A stretch of 64,000 nt of DNA from Paraphysomonas bandaiensis (taxonomy: Eukaryota > Protista > Chrysophyceae). The stretch is from contig CBFFRP010000333.1 in NCBI GenBank assembly GCA_965644295.1, positions 64,538 to 128,537 on the forward strand. Reading direction: 5' to 3'. The translations under genes were made by a program, and so were the position numbers. Shown one piece after another: positions 38,541-50,704 of this stretch (positions are counted from its first letter, which is position 1; the number at the start of each line of letters is the position of its first letter). The notes under the pieces were generated by a model that was given only the letters and a program-made list of their open reading frames with translations, made no database searches and had not been told where the DNA came from.

Positions 38541-39302
38541 CAGGAATAGGGAACAATATATTGCAATACTATTGTTAGATAGCGTTCCATCAATAGTATT
38601 GATGGATTTTTTAAACCGGTCCTACAATACAATTACAATATATTGCAATATATTGTCAATGTATTGCGATATATTAGTTTGACTAATCAGTAGGTAAACA
38701 CATCCGTAGATTTCATTTTTAGTATTAGTCATTAAGATCACATGACAACCAAACCAACTGCTGCTTATAGCTACTAAAAATCCACCTCGTCCTCATCCTC
38801 TGAGCCATCATCAGTGAGGTCAACATCACCATATTTATCCACAGAATTAATTGAAATATGCTAGTATCCGGCCATAACTGTCGAATAGCTTTCTAAAACA
38901 ACAGCATATTAAGTAGGATGGATACTTTTGCGCAACACTGATATAATATGTTTAGCTGTGCTGAACAGACGTTCCCATGTATTGGAAGTACATACCAAGG
39001 CCAGGCAACCGTTAATGACTCGTGGATCTGTACATTTCTTAATTTTTTGAGCTGACTGAAGATTTTTAGTCGCATAGTCAACATCAGCTTCATTATCCTT
39101 TGTAATGTTGTAATCAATTTCTCGGTTATTTATATCCATTTTGCACCCTACAGTTAAGAATCTTCTCTTATATGACTATCATAATATTGATTGCAATATA
39201 TTGCAATAGTATTGTGAGATACTTTAGCAGAAACACTATTGATGGAATATTTGACCACTCCACCAATCAATATATTTTACAATATATTGTTCCCTATCCC
39301 TG
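38541..39302 (-). mobile_element. Non-autonomous hAT DNA transposon (762 bp)
   Basis: TIRs CAGG(A/G)ATAGGGAACAATATATTG. Perfect 8-bp TSD CTATTTGC at 38533-38540 and 39303-39310. Internal remnant TSNTWERLFSTAK..RKSIHP resembles the hAT dimerisation domain. Subterminal CAATAT repeats. Confidence 0.93.
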
Positions 39303-39475
39303 CTATTTGCATAACTAAAACTGTAGTTAGATCTTCCAAGTGAATGTTGTACAATGAATTTCACGATATCAGACTGTTCCTTAGTTATAAAGTAATATAA
39401 ACCACATATCCACTCAGCAGCAGTAGCTATATTTTTCTACACACTACAAATGCATCGCTTTACAGATATTCAGAA

Positions 39476-40397
39476 TCACACTGTCATTGTTGAAAGTTCT
39501 TCTGCACGAGAAATTGTGGCCTGGTACCTGTAACAAAATGCGTGATTCGCAGATATTCACCAACAGGGTATTAAAACTAGACCTTTTGTAAAACTCTTCT
39601 GCAATGTGGTTGAATGGTGCATCAACATTAGTATTAGTAGCCTGAAAAACATTAAAAATTACAACACAGTATGAAACAGAAACAGCAACGCAAGTATTAG
39701 GAATATGCACCCACCGCAGATGTTTCAAAGTATTGAAGACCCATCTCCCTTGCAGCACCCTGTCCCTCCTCCTTTGACACTTCAGCACGAGAATCCAAGC
39801 CGCTTTCTTCGCGGAAATCTGCCTTGTTTCCAACCAAAACTCCGAGCATACGCTGACCCGTCGGGCGCATCGCACGTACTCCTTGAACAGTGCAAAATAA
39901 AGAATATAATGTATCTTAAAGTGTGTGTACCTCCAAGCCACTTGACACAGGATTGAAGACTCTCAGGATTAGATATATCATACACTACCACAACAGCAGA
40001 TGTGTTTTCCCACTGGCAACAATTTTATCATTAAATAATCAGGCAGGTATTACGTACATATTTCGAGTTCATTTCTACTTGGTTGAATATTGACTGACCC
40101 GCACAGTCAAATATATACAATTCGACTATAGCATTAGTGTCTGGTATTGGCACTTGCTTCACACAAAACTCCGCACCGATAGTCTGATAATAGTCAGACA
40201 GTGATATGACGACAACACGCTCAGTATACCATAATATAATTCTTCGGATATGTGCTTCCACCGCTATTGAAGACTTGTGTAAGAGCTGTTTTACCGACAC
40301 ATGCGTCACCAACAATCACACACTTGCAGCGTAATATCACTAGAGGTTTATGATTGCTCTCCATGCTACGGATATTAGATCCCCCGTTAGATGCCAT
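39476..40397 (-). CDS. IFT27: Intraflagellar transport small GTPase IFT27/RABL4
   Basis: Spliced product LRCKCVIVGDACVGKT..YPKNYIMTIGAEF..VELYIFDCAGQ..GVLVGNKAD..YFETSA..VDAPF. No C-terminal prenylation motif. Confidence 0.92.
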
Positions 40398-40870
40398 GAT
40401 TACCTACTAAAAATCAAGGCTGATGTGAGTGAGGAGTAACTGTAACAGTATCTTCAGTAAGTCGTAGTGCTGTTGTATCAGTTAATAGTTGCAAGCAAGC
40501 TTCTGATATGATCTAAGCATACACATATACCTGCATATGTATATATATACATACATATACTGCATACATACACTATTCACTGGTGCTGTACGTATACGGG
40601 GTATACCGGACTCTTAAAATACAGATAATACATTGTATTATGATATTGTATACAGTCGTATACTGTACGGTATACCTGCAATGTAGATTCGTATAGAGCC
40701 CATAGAGCATATGGAAGCAACAGATATGCACACAGCTGAACCCTTCCAAGCCATGTGGGCAAGTGGTTATCGTTAGCCCCTTGAGCTTACCTGATGCTAT
40801 ATTGACCTACCCTGAAGTGGCTAGTAGCATCAATCTCCTGTGTATCATTCAACTGAATAGATAGCGAGTG

Positions 40871-42536
40871 ATGAGCAGAACATATCGAATAACTGGACCT
40901 CAATCAGTGGAGAGACTCGAGCCTTTGATTCATAAACAAGGCACATGGACACGTGTGTCTCACCCGCCATCAGCATCAACGTCGATAGACTTTGTTTGGG
41001 AAACATATTGTGAGAAGGTGTGGAGAGAAGCGCATAACAATGCTGTTGTTCTGAACAGGCTTCATAACTCTCTTGTGCTTGAAGATAAGAGGTAGAGATG
41101 TTGTCTAGTGCATGCGTCTTGCTCTAACCGCATTGTGATTTGTCGTAGTAACTTTGCATTTCTACAGTTACGAATGAGTTGTCCTCGTTTGGAATCATAT
41201 ATTGCACTCAGCAGGACTGCACTACTGTCCTGGTGCAGGGAGAGATATAGGGAACAGCAATCGCCAGCAGTCACTGATACTGATGTTATCAATGACATGG
41301 ACACCAGCTCATTATCTAATGAATCATATTTAGGGGAGCCTCACAATTGGGCTGTCTCACCTCAACCTGTCGGTATAACTGGCGAATGGTGGGCCGTGAA
41401 AGCTAGCAAGGGTAATGGCGGAAAAGACGTATGGGTTCTCCACAAGGATAACTTCGAAACTCTTGTCAGTTCTCTTCCAAAAGACGAAGAATATGTTATG
41501 CAAAGGTAAATCGTTTTTGGATAAGAATCTCGTGATGCCCACGTGATTCGCTAGTTTAAGTGTGCACATAATGCATTGAAGCAATAACTGAAATTTCGGA
41601 ACTAGATTAATATTTAGTATAAAGTTTATATCTGATGTAAACTGTATAGGTACGTGGACCGACCGTTACTCTGGAATGGATATAAATTTCACTTCCGATG
41701 TTACGCGGCTATGACCGCCAATCAAATCGCCTATGTATATGAAAAGTGTTTCATTCTCTGCGCCGGACTGCAGTACACAGCTGCTGGGGCTGGGACGGAC
41801 GATAGAGTGCACCTAACTAATCTCTCTATTAATAAGGCTTTGCCGGGGCATCCTGGCCAAGTCCCATGCTGGCTCTCGCGCGAGTGTCCTCCGGTGCGTA
41901 TAATGTCTTCCGCGTGCACTCGCTAACTTACACCATGCTTTATGGAGGGCCCATATTTTTTTTGTTTCTGTGATTCTGGGCTATAGTAACATTTTTTAAT
42001 GGTTTTATGACGTTTGTCTATTAATAGTAACATTTATCTATCAGATATTTGAAGGCGTATGCAACGTTTGGCGGGAAGTGGTCTGTGCTGCGGGTCCGTT
42101 TATGGTTGAGCAACGAAGCCCTTTGCACTTCGAGTTTGTCGGTCTTGATATCCTTGTGGATTCTGCTGGTACGTGTCATCTGCTTGAAGTGAACCGTCTA
42201 CCCGGTCTGGAGGCATCGAAAAACAGGTGCAAACGAGATGAAGACGACTTGTACGACCAAATGATGGAGTCGCTTTTAGATCTGGTTTTGCCACAACAAG
42301 AGTTGAGTGACGATGTCTTGGAGGACAGCACGCCAGAAGCACATGTGAACGTCTTCTCACACACTATAGATTCTGCACTAAGTGACGCGAAAGAGAAAAA
42401 CACGACCAATAACCTCTGGCAGCAAGTGAAGGACGCAGCTGTAGATTGCAATTGCCATTCGTCTGCTACATTCAAGAATATATTTTCTTGGAAAGCTTTC
42501 ACGAAGAATAATAGAAAATTAATCGTTGTTGAATAA
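40871..42536 (+). CDS. Tubulin-tyrosine ligase-like (TTL/TTLL ATP-grasp) protein, 4 exons
   Basis: LEDK, WAVKASKGNGGKD, YVMQRYVDRPLL..KFHFRCY, HLTNLSIN, FEFVGLDILVD..LLEVNRLP. Confidence 0.88.
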
Positions 42537-43282
42537 CCCAATGGATTTTTTAATGGAGGCAGATATATTGTTACATCGGGAAAGTCACTTGTTGTACTTG
42601 CATATTAAGTAATATAGTAATACGATTTTTACACTTTACGTATTATAATTCTGACGAGTGTATGCATACATGTATACGTGGTAGAGGTAACTTTATGATT
42701 CATATTATATCATTTGTCGTCCGAGTAAACAATGTGATGTATATCAGTTTTCTTTAAGAGACTACGGAATCATGTTATCAGGCACTCAACACGACAATAG
42801 TGCTTTACTTTGGTCTTTGGTATAACGTAGTTCTCACTAAGTGACGAAAAATCAGGATCTTGGAAATTTCTTTCTTTCGTCATAAAAAAGGATTGAAGCT
42901 ATAAACTATAAAATAACTCATACATTTTATATTAAAAATCATTTTGAAATGCTCCAGAAAATAGCCCTTTAACAGATAATTAGATAGGATAGTTCTTATA
43001 TTAGTTATTAAGAGTGGTTAATACTGATTAAAAGTCTGAGTCCCAAGAAAGATATAATCCAATTGTTTGAAGAGTGCTTAGCGCGCGCACACCTTCAACA
43101 GATAGCGAGATGATTGGCTGAGCACAACGCTGTAAACTCTTGCAAATGAAAACTTAGACCAAGAACAATGGTGTCCCAATAGTTGCGAGGGAAGATATGT
43201 TGTTGTTACCAATTTACGACCACTCATGATAAAAAGTATTATACATTCATAGGTAGATATCATGGACTAATACTACAAGTAA

Positions 43283-43750
43283 TTAAGATTTCGCACTCTT
43301 CTTCTTTTTCTTCTTCCCTCCAGTCCCAGAAAGCTTTTCTGTAAAATAAATTACACGGCTTGCAACAAAAAAAATGACTAATAATAAGTACCTCTTTGTC
43401 TGGTAATATCATCAACGGATAAATTACACATCTGCGCCATTGCTGACTGAACTAATTTATCTGACTCATATAAGTCTTTGTGGTTCTTAGTTTTATATTT
43501 TAAGCACTATAGGGGCGGTATGAGAGGCATAAATACAATTATAAATCAACTTACAACTACATCATCCGTCGCGCGAACACACATTTCTCCTTTACCATTA
43601 TGATACTTCATTACGAGCTTGACCTGAAACCACGACCATGTCACACTACATACCTACACAAGATATTCATACCTTTTGTGCATTTTCGTCAATGAGTAAT
43701 GGAGCCAATTGATGAGCGAGCTCCTCTTGAGAACTGTATGTAAAACTCAT
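43283..43750 (-). CDS. SRP9: Signal recognition particle 9 kDa subunit, 4 small exons (not in ORF track)
   Basis: Manual splicing gives MSFTYSSQEELAHQLAPLLIDENAQK|VKLVMKYHNGKGEMCVRATDDVV|CLKYKTKNHKDLYESDKL..MAQM..GGKKKKKSAKS, matching the SRP9 signature KY.H..G..C...TDD.VCL.YKT. Confidence 0.88.
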
Positions 43751-44134
43751 AACTTCCCTTAGACAATTGGTAAGAGTATCGGTGAGCGTCTGAGGGTATG
43801 ATCGAGTGACCAGGAGTTGGTTGTGTTTCAATTGATGCATACATTACTGGGGCACTATACATATACATACATATATATGTGTATGCGAGTATACGGTTTC
43901 GTAGTATGGGAATTAGTGTGTGTGGTATGGAGTTGTCGGCATACGTACGATCCGGATATATACCACCCACACATACAGCAGTACACCATAGTACAGCAGT
44001 ACAAACATACCTTGGTGTGGAAGTACATCTCGACATGGGGGTATATACACGGAGTATCTGTGCGGTTGACTGGCATGGTATCTTAGTGTTTATGTTGGGT
44101 TGAGATATCACTCAATGTCTCAAACAATATCATC

Positions 44135-45483
44135 ATGATACATTCATTCCGCTTCTACATCACTCTAACTGCTCTCTGCTGTCTACCTGTCATCAGTGGA
44201 GATCTAGTGGTTAGTTTAAAGTATTTTGACGACAGCTCATGTAAAGACGACATCTATGGGGTGGGAGTGTTCCCCGGCCAGTGCATTCAGACCTCATCAG
44301 GGGGGGTATGGGTAACATGCAGTGATTCATCAGGACTTGTCGTGACAGAGTTTATAAATGCTAACTGCACTGGGCCGTCCACTCAACTGACTCTATCAAC
44401 AAACACTTCCGGGTGCGCTAATGAGGGGTTCACCTCATCCTCTTATTACCAGACACCGCTGAGTGGATACAAAATTAATTGTTACGACGATGAGGACGTG
44501 AGTATTAATAATGTCTTTTTTTTGGCTAATGTTGTTGTGCAGTGGACCAAGGATAACACAGACTATATTCTCACCCGCTCCACAATGACATTGCAGGCAA
44601 CTTCTGCTTTAGATTTTACAAATGATGTATGCAGTCAAAACAATGCCTCTACAGATATGCATTACTGCTTCTTGAACCAGAATGATGACTACTGCCTGCC
44701 CACAGACGAGGGTGGGTCTTCCGATGTTTCGTTGTGTAAGGCTTACCCGACGATGTACGCATATGCGGATATGTGTATGTTGGACAATCCCAGCTCTGGC
44801 AATAGTTATATATATGAAACGGATAATCACGGGGTAAGATTATTACTTGAAGTAGACTTTAATGATGTGGTGCACCATAGGTAGGCAAGTTGCGCCGCTA
44901 TTCGGACACATCGTGCATCTCATCAGATACAAGTTATGCTGTACCGTACAGCGTATGTATGGGTTGCAATCGTTTCAAAGACCTGCCTAATAACGGCGAC
45001 TCGAAAATTCACCTTGCTGGATGGATTGTTGCGGTCATCGTAATTTCTGTCGTAGCTTGCTGCTGCGGTGGCTGCTTCCTTGTGGCGATGATGGTATATG
45101 GGTCTGCTGCGGTTGTGAATACGATTTGCTGCAAGAGGGGTGGCAATACTAGCAGTAAATCTTTATTAGCACATCAGCAAAATGTCTCACCGCCTGTGTC
45201 TAATCCCGCAAGTTCTCTTTCGTATCCCCAATATGTAAGTTTGTTCACATTGTTTTTCAAACCCAACCTTGTTGTTTACGTAGGCAAGTGATGTTGAAAT
45301 CCTAAATATCCAGCTTCCAGCTAATGCCGCTCCAGGTGATATTCTACAAGCTACAAAGTCTAATGGTGAACTGGTAGGCAAACATGTTCTAGTAATTGAG
45401 ACATCAGTTCACGTGTTTTTCAGGTTCAATTTCAAATTCCGCAAGGGTCAGCTCCGGGGTCCGTTATTCAGATAAAGGCGTGA
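44135..45483 (+). CDS. Type I membrane protein with Cys-rich ectodomain
   Basis: Signal peptide. Repeated (Y/F)-x-(D/N)-x-x-C units. TM helix WIVAVIVISVVACCC. Last exons encode IQLPANAAPGDILQ..FQIPQGSAPGSVIQI. Confidence 0.75.
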
Positions 45484-46240
45484 TTTTTGCTTGGGAGAAC
45501 TGAATATCCGATTTTAGAACTCTGTATGTGAATTGACAATTACCTTTTAATGAGCATTTTCAACACTTTACCTCGATTTGAGAGTAAATTTGTAAAGAAA
45601 GTTTAGTTGTAATATATCTAAGTTTAGTTATACTATATGAAACGAATAAATTTCGGGAGTTTCAAGCACGAATAGTTGTGTACATAGAGTGAATTTTAAG
45701 CCGCACTGTTCCATATAGCCGACACAATGAAATACTCAGTTAATTTCTTAGTTGAAATGTATATAAGGTTATATATGATTATCACAACTCTAGTGAATAA
45801 AACTTTGATTTCAGTATATATGATTTACCAGAATCCAGAATCTAGCTAAAACGAGCTCACTCCAAAAAATGTGAATATATCAGTGCTCTTACTTTTTCTT
45901 GCGGGACTGGAGCTCTATATCTAGTGTTCATGATGGTCAGAAGTCGTTTACTTGCGTAGAAATTAGTAATAACTACGACGCACAGAAGACAACTATTCGA
46001 GAAGAGGATAATGCATTGTGAAGTTGGTATTATATACATTATATATACCTTTCAAAAACCTTATACGTCTGCCATTGTATGGCAAAGTCGATACATAAAG
46101 CAAAAAATGCATACTTATTATATATCCATACAAATCCAAGTATAAAGTAAGAAACCCAGTAATATACATTTAATATTAGAAAATAGTTGGGAATTACTAT
46201 TGAGTGTAATAGATCGTAAAGGGTAAACAACAATCTTCAT

Positions 46241-49086
46241 CTAAGTTTCTGGTTGATCCACTGTACCGAGATTATCATCGTTGCCGTCTTCACCAACATC
46301 GGACACGGAATTTAGCATTTCATTGTCTCGTTTCTTCTCCGCTTTCTAAGCATATAAAACTTAACATAAAATGCGAAAGACAGGAGAAATATCACCTGTA
46401 ACATTTTGAAAATGGCAATTGATTTCTTGTCTTTTTCACCATATACAACATGGTGGGCATCCAAACTTTTTTTATAATTTCCACAAGCTCGGCCCCAATC
46501 TCTCACAAGGCACTGCTTCTCGGCGGCCTACACAGAACAATAAGAGTGTCTGTAACACCACAAACTCAACGATACTAACCTGCTGTCTCAGCGCTGCTAC
46601 CTCTTGAGAGTCCCATCCGTATGCAGCTTCCCCCAGTTCTGCCATTGTCTCCGCATACTCTGCTGCCTGCCACTTGGCTCCATTTTCAATACTTAGGTCC
46701 ATCAGTCGACGCAGCAGATCGAGAGATGTCTCGATATCACTCATCAGTTGGGGCGATCTGTTTACTCCAGCATATATTGATGACACACTCAGTGCATTTA
46801 AGCGAGAAGACCGATTCAACTGCTTCATAGCAGCGCCCGAATAGAAATCTACAGCGGCAGACAACACCTTCTCCGCACTCTTGGGGTGATTGAGCTTAAT
46901 AAGGACAGAAGAAAGTTGTGTCTGAGTGAAAGCAATAGCCCGCACTGGCACAGGGGAAAGCTTCTCCATAATTCGAATAGCACGAACTAACCATTCTTTC
47001 GACTCTCCATAGTTCCCTATTATATTCTGCACAGAAGCCACCGCAAGACTAGCCGAAGCCACTGCAATATTCTCTCCATGTGTACGCTCCAGGATTTCAA
47101 ACGACCGGACCAAGTACCGATAAGAGGCCTCCAATGACTGTGTTGTGGGATCTTCCTCTGATTTCATAATATATTTTGCACGGAGCTTTACCGCAAACTT
47201 GGTCGCAATCTCTTCTGATGTCTTGCTCGACAATTGCATTTTCTTCTTGTGCAGATAATGTGTCCTTACGGCCTTGATCTCAGACTGAAGAACCTGTCTC
47301 CCTTCACGTGTTTTGAGCCATTTCTCTGCAGCTTTCATACATCGTGTCTTCTTCTCTGCGTGCCATTGACGGTGTTTAACTACCATAAGTTGAGATATAG
47401 CGTTGTATAGGTCCACTGAGATGAGCTCCATTTCTAGTCCCATAGCCTCCAGCTTCCCAAGGGCACTACGCATATTTTCTTCCGCAAGAGATAATTGATT
47501 CGAAAACACATTAGAGAGACCAATAAGGTTAAGAATCTGTATTCGTAAGAGGTCTAATGGATCTCCTCCCCCTTCAGTGTTGCTTGCAAACACAACTTGC
47601 GCTATGAACTCCTCCCAGACCACAGGCAGCTCATACTTTACATTTTGCACCAAGTGCCGTCTTTGACCAAACAGATCTTTTAACTCCGGGGCAGAAAAAG
47701 TAAAAACTGATCCGTCACTTGCGCTAACTGCTATCGGTAAATCCACACGAAGTTTGGAGAGGTCAGTCATGACCTGAGTACCGGACAGAACACGGGCTGC
47801 GGATGGTATCTTGTTGATATTCATCGCAAGTTCCACAGGGTGACACACTCCTCGTCGCTCTTTATCCCCAATTACAAAAGCCATATGAAGTACCGCTTTA
47901 TTCTGCGGTAATACTATCATATCAATGAGCTCCATCCACTTCGCAATCACGGCCGACTCAGATGTGAGAAATTGTACCACCTGTCCCCACGAAGGTGGTG
48001 TCTGCACCTGCACCTCCGCCCACTTATCTCTGGGACCCATGTGCCGGCACAAAAACACCTCCATTTCGTGACAAAACACTGCACCAACAGTTTTATCTTC
48101 TGATGGACGTATCTCATCCTCTCCAGTAATACTACTTTCAGGAAAGAGTTCATCATACAGTTCCTGCTGACGTTGCTGCGCTTGCCTCGTAGCTAGTGCG
48201 GATGCAGCCGCTGCGTTGAGTGCAGAAGATACCTCAGTCAGAAAATCTGGAGTGATATATCCTCTATGAGCCATAGCATGCTCTCGTAGGCAGTTGAACA
48301 CAGTAAATGTGTAAAGTGAGGCATCATGGGACTTAGATCGCACCTCACTGGCGTGCATCTTTTGAGACACAGCTACCAACTTCTGCGATGCCACGCCCAT
48401 GTGGAAAGAAACCTGCTCCCAAAGACCCTGGGCGGCATATATGCTGCCAAGATCAACCAAGGCCCGAAGTGACTCAATAGAATCATCTCCAAAACATATT
48501 CGACTAAGGGCAACAGCACGAGCTCGACCTTCTGTAAGGTTCTCTGTTAGGTTCTTAGATGTAACCCGCATAGTATTTTCACCCCGCACTTCTCCTCCTA
48601 CATGTAACTCGTCTTCAGTATCACGGCATAAATATTGAAGCATACGAAGGTGCTCGCCGATAGACAGCTCTTTAAGAAGCGCTTCCAATCGCTTACACGG
48701 CGGTAGATCCTCGAAATCGTTGGCCTGTTCTTTTTTAGGAGAGGGAAGAAGAAACGATTCCACATTTTTAAGAACATCTTCCACATTCACATTACTTTGA
48801 AAACCTCCAGTAGACTCTATAAATAATTGATTCCACATACATATTAACATGATCAGTACATACCTTTAAACTCATCTTCGAATATGTTTTCATTGGAATC
48901 GTTTGCATCGTATTGCGGTGAGTTCCCTTGTTGAGGAAGGCGTATCTCTTCATCTCTCATGTCATCCAATACATCACCATCATCAAAATGAACAACATAT
49001 GTGTTATCCTCATTGATATCATACACAATGCCCGGATACCACCCATCATCATAGTACCCCTCGATAACTTGATTCTTCTGATACAT
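46241..49086 (-). CDS. Tudor-like + TPR protein (possibly TTC23-like)
   Basis: Exon 1 is Tudor-like (GWYPGIV..TYVVHFDDGD). The long exon has helical TPR-like repeats (VALSRICFGDDSIESLRALVDLGSIY; SLDAHHVVYG). Stop at 46241-46243. Confidence 0.7.
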
Positions 49087-49199
49087 CAGTCAGCCACTCA
49101 CACGGGATCTGATTCACAACAACATTTAATATTGAATCTATCCCGTTGAATCGCCTGATAATGAAATGGATGGAGTGATGTGACTATCGACTGCTGTTA

Positions 49200-49223
49200 A
49201 TATATATATATATATATATATAT
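49200..49223. repeat. (AT)12 microsatellite
   Basis: Direct sequence. Confidence 0.9.
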
Positions 49224-50704
49224 GAGCTGTATGTATGTATGTAGATGACTTTAACGCATTTTTCATACTTTATTTCTGTGTACTGCAAAACGGTCTCATC
49301 CTCAGCTCAGTCGCTAATTTCATACACTGTGTATTCATCACACTACAGGTATATACAGCACGGGAATACATCAATCTTTTTCTCAGCTATTTCTAGATCT
49401 ACAGCGCACATCTGCAGAGCCCATGCATACATGCATACATACACAGGTACACTGCTGTATATATATCTTGTAGATCCGATAGAGGATACTTGTAGCTAGA
49501 TGACATGATATGTACAGTACCTGCTGCTCTAGCTATTCTTGTGCTGCTCGATATGCTAAATCGATAAGATATGCACGGCTATCGATAGCTTATCGATGAT
49601 ATGCAGCATACTGTAGTGTATGCGCTCTCTTCTTGCGTCCACTGAACTATACACTGTGTATATATCTCAGGTTCGAGCGATGTACATATATATATAGTTC
49701 AGTGGGTGCATAGCATATTTATCATTATCTCTTACTGATTATTATAAATGAAAGAACTAGTTATAGCATAGTTATCTGATTTAAGTGCTAAATCATTGAG
49801 ATTTTCTGCTCGTTATATATTGTGAATACGGGAAATGTAATTCAAGGCTAGTGAGAGGCATTATATTACCAAAGCTTATATATATAAGCATTATACGAAG
49901 GCGTCTAATGCGTTTAGTATTGTTGACCTTCCTTCACCGTAACTATTCTATCGATATGTAAAATCTATTGCAAAGTAGTTTCGGAACAATCAAGAACAAT
50001 TCCAATATAAGCTATTCATATCTCTGAACGAATAGTTTAGGTGGAAGGGTTTTGTTGTCTAAAATATAAAACGAAATGTGTCGTTGAGTTGATATAATGA
50101 ACTTGTATCAAGCCTGCACCAACCAGGGGTTGCATACTAATTACTTTTACGTAAGAAAATGAGAAGAATTTCAACCGTTAATGACTTTCCCTATATATTA
50201 GCTAGACTCTATGTATTCCGCCTCAAAGAAAGAAAAACTCTTTATCCATAAACTTTGACTTATACATGTACACAAACTGAACATTGTTGGTGTATCAGCC
50301 CTTATCGATGCCAACTTTCATCAAAGCAGATGTTGCATTCATTTTATGGCAACATTTGGGAATTTATTGTCAAGCATGTTCAATTACATGGATTGTGTTA
50401 AACATGTAGGCACTTGAGCGCTTTGTGTCACATATGAACAGTAGCAGTTCATTTGTTGCTCCGATATGGGTGAGTTTTATGAGAGGTGCAATGTTGAATT
50501 TTGCAAAATTCAACTTTAAATTCTAAGCTTTCTAGTCGATGAAACTAATCAGTATATTAAGTATAGCTTGTTTGTATAACTCTGACAGTCATAGAATCTG
50601 AATTTAACAACAATTGAAAACGTGCTGGAAATACTGCTCAGTTTTGACGCGAATGATTCGATTGCTAACGCTGTGGTGATAACTACTATCGACGACTGGT
50701 ATAA

